This document shows positions 56,976 to 64,000 of a stretch of DNA of 64,000 nucleotides, piece by piece. The translations under genes and the position numbers were made by a program. The notes under the pieces were generated by a model. It was not told the DNA's origin. It did no database searches and saw only the letters and a program-made list of their open reading frames with translations. How positions within the stretch are numbered: position 1 is the first letter of the stretch; every line of letters begins with the position of its first letter. The stretch comes from Phoronis australis (taxonomy: Eukaryota; Animalia; Phoronida), in assembly GCA_002633005.1 (NCBI GenBank), contig NMRA01000016.1, positions 524,300 to 588,299 on the forward strand, given 5' to 3'.

Positions 56976-59900
56976 CGGAAACGCAAGATGTCACTGCGGT
57001 CTTTCACCCACACTCTGCTACCCGTGGTACATTGTGCCACCTATTGAGTCCCGGCCACCAAGGCACGGGCTCACCCAGCCTAAAAAATAGGGGGGAGGGG
57101 GTTGAGCGTTTTCCCGTTCAGTGACTTTACCAGACATAGGGGGTTCTGAGCGTGTGATAAGTCTAGCTTCTTTGTTAACTGCCAAGCACACTCTTTTGTC
57201 CGTTATGACAACAGGCAGGCCAATCATCTACCAGGCTTATTACAGACCACGCGTGAGCACAGTCAAACACAGTCGAGTGAATTGGTGGCCTATTCGGAAA
57301 GAATAGATTGTCGTAACTTCGGTTGCAGTTGGGCGTTTTTGGCGATTCAAAAACTAAACATGATCACCATTTGACGAACATTTCAGAAATTCTATTGGTT
57401 TATGTTCAAATATATTATAACCTAACTTTTATTTTAAACAGCACAGTCCAGTAGATATCCGATCTTATTTGGAGAAGAGAACAATTATCGAACAAAAGAG
57501 AGCTGGCCCTCCAACCCATGAATGCCACAATGGAGTTAATCAGTTGTGTAAGATATTGGCTACAGGGGTAAACTTCCCAACCTGTTGTTGAGCTATAGAA
57601 TCAAAAAAGTTGGGAGCAACGGGAAAACGCCGTAATTTTATCTGAGGCGGACCTGTACAATGTATGTCCACTTCGCCAAAGGCCGTGGGTGTCTCCTTGG
57701 AGCCCACGAACACCTCCTTGGTGCGCGCATGCTTGGTCCTAGTACGTAGGTTCCAGCGAAGCGGGCATTTGAACAGTGTGCTGCATGCGCGCAGGCAGCC
57801 TTTAATATGGGGGGTCGAATTTCTGACAAGCGGACCTTTTTAATTGCTAATCATAAAGCGGGAGGACTAGCACCTTCAGGTCTGTGAACTGCACATCTGC
57901 GCCTTTTAGTGGACTTTTGTCTCGTTTTCTCGGAGTTTTTGTTTCTCTGAGGCGGACCTTTTTACCTCCTTCGCTCGAACGAGCCCACCCCCCCGAGCCC
58001 CCCCCCCGCCCTGGGTGCGCGCAACGCGCTGGGACAAGAGGCAAGACCAGCCTCCAGTTCAGTAACGCTAGGGTCTCGCTAAAAAGCAAGACATCGCGAG
58101 ATAACGTGAGTATTGCCGTGCATTTTAAATAGGAACACGTGACTTTCTGCGTTTTAGCTAGGTCCTAGCGTCTACTGAACGCACGCCAGCTCAGTGTCTG
58201 CCAGTAAATGGCCGCCAACCAACAGAATAATTGTTTAAACTTTGAGTTATTTTAGCACATGTTGCTATCGAGAGCAGAGTAAACTTATTGAACAAGAAGA
58301 TTTTTAAATTAAAATTGTTTACACAGTCTTAGAAAAAGCTCCATTTTGCCTTGCCTTAGCAGCCCAAAAACGAAAATAGAGTTAGACCAATTCATTTTTA
58401 TCCGTGTCATGGTATTCCTACCGTGATAGTATTCTACTGATTTCAGTTCCAAACTCACAAGCCACAATTTTGCAATCGCTGACAGAGGGGCTGAGCTTGG
58501 GATAAACTTTAGCCCCCGCCCTTTTATTTCAGAGTGCTGACTGAAGATGAACCTTTCTCAATATCGCATTCAGGGCAAAACTTAAAAGTATTTGGAAACG
58601 GTAGAGTCCCGTGTTTGGACTAAAGTTTTTTTGTTACACTCGAGAAGTGTCGTTTATTATTTCAGTAGCAAGGGATCAGCTCGCCTAAGGACCGGAGAGT
58701 CTACCAGAAGCTCAGCTGCGCCCTGAGTGGTCAACATTGCAGTTAAATCCTTTACACTGATTTTAATATGAAAAACACACTATACTATACACGACTGGAC
58801 AATAGGCTCAATAGCATACCAGGAGTTGCATGAGATATTCAGGTCACATACTGTCGTTGTTCACAATTAACCTGCTTTATATAGACCTCCAACTATTGTG
58901 AATGTCTGCCTACGCTTAACAAAAAAATCGGTGACTGAAATAGCTTGCGGAAATTTTACACTTGTTATAACTGTAAGTGTTAACCGCACACACACACTCA
59001 CAGCTTCATCGGATACAGTGTAAGGACGGAACAAGGATAGTTTCTGTTCAGATGTTCAGGTAAGTGAGAATCTCACCCGTCTCTGTGTGTGACCTCGTCT
59101 AAGCACACCTCTCAATAACAACCGAAATTAATCTCATTTGCGATGCAAGTTATCGAAGACCTTCCACATGATGTCCTCGTGCTGGGATTGCAGGCCACGT
59201 TCGGATCGAGTTACAGTTTATTCCGGGACTCGGTGGACCAGATGAACAGGTCCTTGGTTGGGAATAAATGGAATTACACAGAAGAACACAGTTTCTGCCT
59301 GTCTAAAGTTATTTCTGCAATGGAGTCGCGTACAACCAACTGACCAATTTGTGCAAAGCCACTCAGTCACGGTTAAAACGTTCAATTGTTCACTGCTTTA
59401 CTATTGTCATTTTTTGTCATTCATAAAATGCAGGGTAAGGTAAGTTTCATCTCCAAAATCATTTAGCAATGGGCAAACATAAAACTTGAAACAGATGGGT
59501 TAACAATTATGACAAGGCTTACCACGTCCGGGAGACTGAAATGGTTCTACTCTTAGTGCCGGGAGATAACGTCACAATGTCGATTTAATGTCAGTAAATT
59601 ATAACAAACTTTCTTTTACAATAAAATTTGACTAACAAGGGAATTCAGTTGAAACCAGAGAAAACGAGAAAGCTGCTGATCATGACTGACCTAAGATACA
59701 TAGCAACAACAACTAAAACGGGACAAAATCATCGCTTTTTGTCAAAAACAATAAGTTTTGATTCAGATCAGCTATAAAATCGGCCTCATTTGGCCTCATT
59801 TTCATCCTGACTCAAATAAGAAACGATTCCTAGGATCGAGAAGAACTTGCAGCTCGTATTGTTGCTTCAGATAAGACACATTGCATTATTGCTCGATAAT

Positions 59901-60843
59901 GCGGAATGTCCATCAACGATTCCAGTCGTTGTGTTAAATGTCTTTAAAAAAACGACGGTAACGCCATGACGCCGCTTTTGAAAAACAAATAGGCCAGTGG
60001 TGGACGTATTTGACATGAGCACTTGGTGATATTCAATGTTGTGTTTTGGAATTTGGGATCATTATCAGTATTTTAAACGAGGCTTCCCCTCGTTTCTGGA
60101 ACAAACTGTTTCATTGGAGAGTAAGCGTTATTGGGAAGGGGTGGGGCGTTAAGGCGTGGCACAAGCTAATTCGACTACACCAAACATTCAACCCTCCTCG
60201 TGGTCACAATTTTCAGATTACTCCTCTAGCGCCACAACACTTCGCCATTGGTCATCGCCAATTTGGTACCCCTCCCGCCTTTAGTGTGCTGACTGTTTGG
60301 GGGCAATGGGTGGGGGGGGGGAGCAACTCCCTGCGGAGGAGTCCACTAGAAACCTAAGAATCTATGTTTCAACAAAACTTCAAACCTGAACGCCCTACGT
60401 GCATTACGCATTTAGAGTAAAATTTAATGGCCTTTTAGAAAGTATTTGTGAAGATTTCTTTTAGGGTTCCAAAAGATGTACTGCCTAAATCATTCTTTAG
60501 GGGTACCAAAGTGACGTAAGAAATTCCTATCGCGGGGTTCGAAATTTGTGGAAATACGAGGAGAAATAATGTCATCTTGGAGAGCAGAAAGAAAGTCGTG
60601 TTCGAAATTTCCGTTAGTTGCTACAATTTTGGAGAGTAAAAATGACACTTATGGTCAAAAGTCACTTCATTATGGTCATTAGTTTATTTAGGTGATGCTT
60701 TGATGGCACACATTGAAATGGCGTGGTTCCAGCTTCCCTGGTACAGTCTCTTAATTGTTGTGACACCGTCTCATCCGAGTATCTGGTAGTTGTCCCCCAG
60801 AGTAGAGGGGGTGGGTGGGTGGCAAATGGCCGAATTTCATTTA

Positions 60844-61197
60844 CAAAGTACCTAAACTACACGGTCAACGGACTCATAAACACGGCACGGACGCATGAAC
60901 ACGGCTCACGGACTTGCAAACACTGTCCACTGACTCACAAACACGGTAAAGGACTCACAAAACACGATCCACGCACCCTATACACGGGACACGGATTCAT
61001 CATTCACGAGGAAACACGGTTAACGGACCGCCAAACACAGTTTAGGGACACAATGAAGATGTCAGCTGACCCAGGAAGCCGATAAGTCCTTTCCCGTGTT
61101 TGTGAGTCATTGGACGGTGTTTGCAGATCCGTGAGTCGTGTTCATGCTTCCGTGCCCGTGTTTATGAGTCCGTTGACCGTGTAGTTTAGGTACCTTG
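60844..61197. mobile_element. Foldback MITE with ~110-bp TIRs built from CACGG subrepeats
   Basis: GTACCTAAACTACACGGTCAACGGACTCATAAACACGG... is mirrored by ...CCGTGTTTATGAGTCCGTTGACCGTGTAGTTTAGGTAC. No clear TSD. Confidence 0.8.
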
Positions 61198-63706
61198 ATT
61201 AACCTACATTTAACTTCACGGAAACATCAATTTCTTGCAGGGTTATTTCAGATTGGCAAAAATCATCTAGTACTATGCTGCTTGGGAGTAGGATGAATAG
61301 AAAATTTCCCGCGTTTCAGTCTGCACCACTTTCTTTTCTTCTGCAGTCGATAGTTTCGTCGATACATAAACATGCAAATTGGAACCAATGAACCCTGTCG
61401 GGTATCTAGACAGGAGAAAATAATCTTGATATATTAGACCGTCACATGGCCACACAATGCAGAAAATATGCAGGCACGCATAGCCCGCCGTTCGAGTTAA
61501 CTGCAGAACGTTAAATTTCAAAAAATTTTTGAAATCCATTATCTACTGTATGTAATTATTTAGCGATTCCGGGGGGCATGCACACCGGTATTTGCAATTG
61601 ATGGGTAACCGGAAGAGCACGGGAGACGGGGCGGGGCATTACACTGGGGTTGGAGCCCTCTCCAAAGAAATGTTCGGGATTTACTGTGACTCAACTCGAC
61701 GCTCATTCCTTTGGTAGCTTGTTACAGTTTAAAAATTAACCTGGTTCTGCTGCAATTAAAATATTCTGTTTACGTGTCTGAGTATTAAAAAACAATCCTC
61801 AGTTTCTGTCATTTTTAAAGATATTAGAAAGATAATTTATATTCAAAGAAGAACTTTATTACTGAAATAATGGTAATTTAGATTAATACCAGGCAACCTA
61901 GAAAAACTGGCTTACCATAACTTTTTACTCACAACATCCTAACCATAGCGGGTGGGTTTGTTGAGGGGAAATATGTGTGTGGGTGCGTGCGTTTGCGCGT
62001 GTGCGCGTGTGTATGTATGTGTATATACCAATGAAAAATTAAAACCGGTTTCCCAAAACTCACGATTGCCCATAAAATACTTTGAGCACGTTAATCAGTT
62101 AAACATGTACTATGTACAATGTACAAGGTTATTAAAACTCATATTCTAGACAGTCTCATCCAGATGAGCGAGTTTCCTACGAATAACTGCCACCTCATCA
62201 ACAATTCGTTCTTAATAACGACCTAACTATGGGAAATATTGTTTTTGTGCAATTCACAAATAGTGGGGGGGGGGGGAGGGGGCAAACAAAAACTTTCTGG
62301 CCAGAGCCACAAAGACTAACCGAATATGCTCCTATTTTTTTCGTCTACCTGTTTCACAACTATCTCTTTTCTCGACTGACCGCTGTACTCGGCAGACGCT
62401 TTTGCCGCCGGGTCGTTACGGTTTCCCCGACGCCTGCCGAATGATGGGGGTGGGGGGAAACGTTCCCCAGCGGCTAATTTCTTCAGCCTCGTGTTTACAA
62501 ATACAAGGAAATAAAAATATTTGCCAATAAAAATATTTTACCTTAGTATGAATATAATCGAGGGAAAGTACCTGACAAAGAGCGCAGTCTGCTTTCATCG
62601 TGACCGTTGGCGGTAGACAATAGACCGATTCTAAAGTAAGTCGCTTTCATTTCCGCTATTCTTTCAGTCGAAAGTTTATAGCCGAAATAATTTAACTCAG
62701 TAGTTTCGATCTGAGTTTCGTAGCCATTCATTGAATTTCACAAACGATTAGCTCTGAATGGGGCTTTAATCCATTCAACTGGCTACAACAACAATCCTGT
62801 GCAACAGTCTGCATGCCGTCAAATACAAAAATAGTCGCTATGTGTTGCTAAAAATACTTGCACTGGCAGACATTCCTGAAGATAGTATAATGTAGTAAGA
62901 GGAAGACGAACGAGGACAGTTAGGACAAAACAGAACTTTTAATAAATAGTTAATTAGAGACCTGACATCGTATTATCACTGAAAAATTAAGGTGAGTGGG
63001 AACCAGGGACAACATTTTGTAATTGCCTTGTCAAAGTTTCAAATATTTTTTGTGAAGTTGTTCAATCCACCATAAGGGATGAGGGAACTATAGCCCCCAC
63101 TTATTTCAGTGCTGCGCCGCCCACGCATAAGTCAACCACGTGAGAGCTTCTCCATTTATTAGCAACGTTTCACAAAACCTGTCACTCATCTGTCAGTGAA
63201 CGTTTGCGTGTCGGCGAAAAATCGAGGCCCAGTGTTCTACCAGGACTTCTTTTACAACCTGTTGTTTGGCAGTTCTTGATGAACCGATTCGTGGTCGCGC
63301 CGGTCTTGGTCCCAGGTGGCTATGTTGCATAACGTCAATCCACAGCTAAGTCATCTTTTTTCACAACAGATTCGATCGATGTACACCCAGCTTACTCGTC
63401 TCAGGATGGCCACCCTTTCTTATTAGAGTCGACATCGAAATTTTAAACTCACTAGCCCAGGTGTCGACGAGTTCCGTCGTTGCTATATCGAATTTTATTT
63501 TACTCCGTTCATGCGAGTCTTCGGGAAATTTCTCAGCTAGTCTCGTTCTTAAAGATTCATAGTCATTGCAGTGAACGTTGTGCTATGAAAATAAAATGGA
63601 ACTAAAAGTTTGTAATAAGACCTTCACAAATAAGATTGGAGATGTAAAAACTTAATGTTCTCATTCATAATTCCAGGTTATCAATCCCACAACCACCATT
63701 GACGCG

Positions 63707-63841
63707 ATGTCGTTCACCCTTTTGATAATAGCAGTTTTCAGCCTGTATTTATCTCCAAGCGCACAATTGTCTCTGGATGGACAAACGATGGCCAAGAGAC
63801 TCGACCAGTTCGCTGCCGACATGGGCAAAGATTTTTTGCAG
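63707..63841 (+). CDS. First coding exon of a secreted/membrane protein, probably VWA-and-Cache-domain (CACHD1/alpha2delta-like); gene continues beyond the window
   Basis: Signal peptide MSFTLLIIAVFSLYLSPSA, then LDGQTMAKRLDQFAADMGKDFLQ|gttagg. This resembles the CACHD1 N-terminal helix (LDEAQVLASQMRRLAAEELGVVTMQ, from memory). Acceptor TTCCAG at 63676. Likely 5' UTR exon ends at 59059 (CAG|GTAAGT), with a TATA-like TTTATATAG near 58876. Confidence 0.5.
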
Positions 63842-64000
63842 GTTAGGGATAAGAATAGATGGGCCTTTCAATCAAAACACATCTTGACAATAAAGCTCAC
63901 ATAAATTGCATAACTAGATATGACCAGCAAACTGGTCTCAAAATTACATGTCCTTACCCGTAGCATGTGCGCACTCAATCTAAAAATGGGGGGGGGGTCT

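Overview
Intron-rich genomic DNA from an invertebrate animal (about 40% GC, GT-AG introns). Exons were traced by hand. Genes in order: the 5' end of PLK4 (minus strand); a complete 15-exon HSP110/HSPA4-family gene head-to-head with it (start codons about 405 bp apart, heat-shock element between); two tandem small genes sharing a Cys/His zinc-finger-like domain, the second missed by the ORF track; a decayed P2X7-ballast/KolX-like pseudogene; a complete 12-coding-exon SLC5A Na+/sugar cotransporter; a complete ARGLU1 (minus strand); and the first coding exon of a probable CACHD1-like gene. Many short DNA-transposon elements (MITEs) with 4-, 5-, 6- and 8-bp target-site duplications (TSDs) fill introns and intergenic DNA. 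The most notable item is a cryptic splice cassette in the ARGLU1 intron equivalent to the vertebrate ultraconserved retained/poison-exon intron. No CRISPR array or prokaryotic system is present. Comparisons with known sequences are from memory and need alignment.
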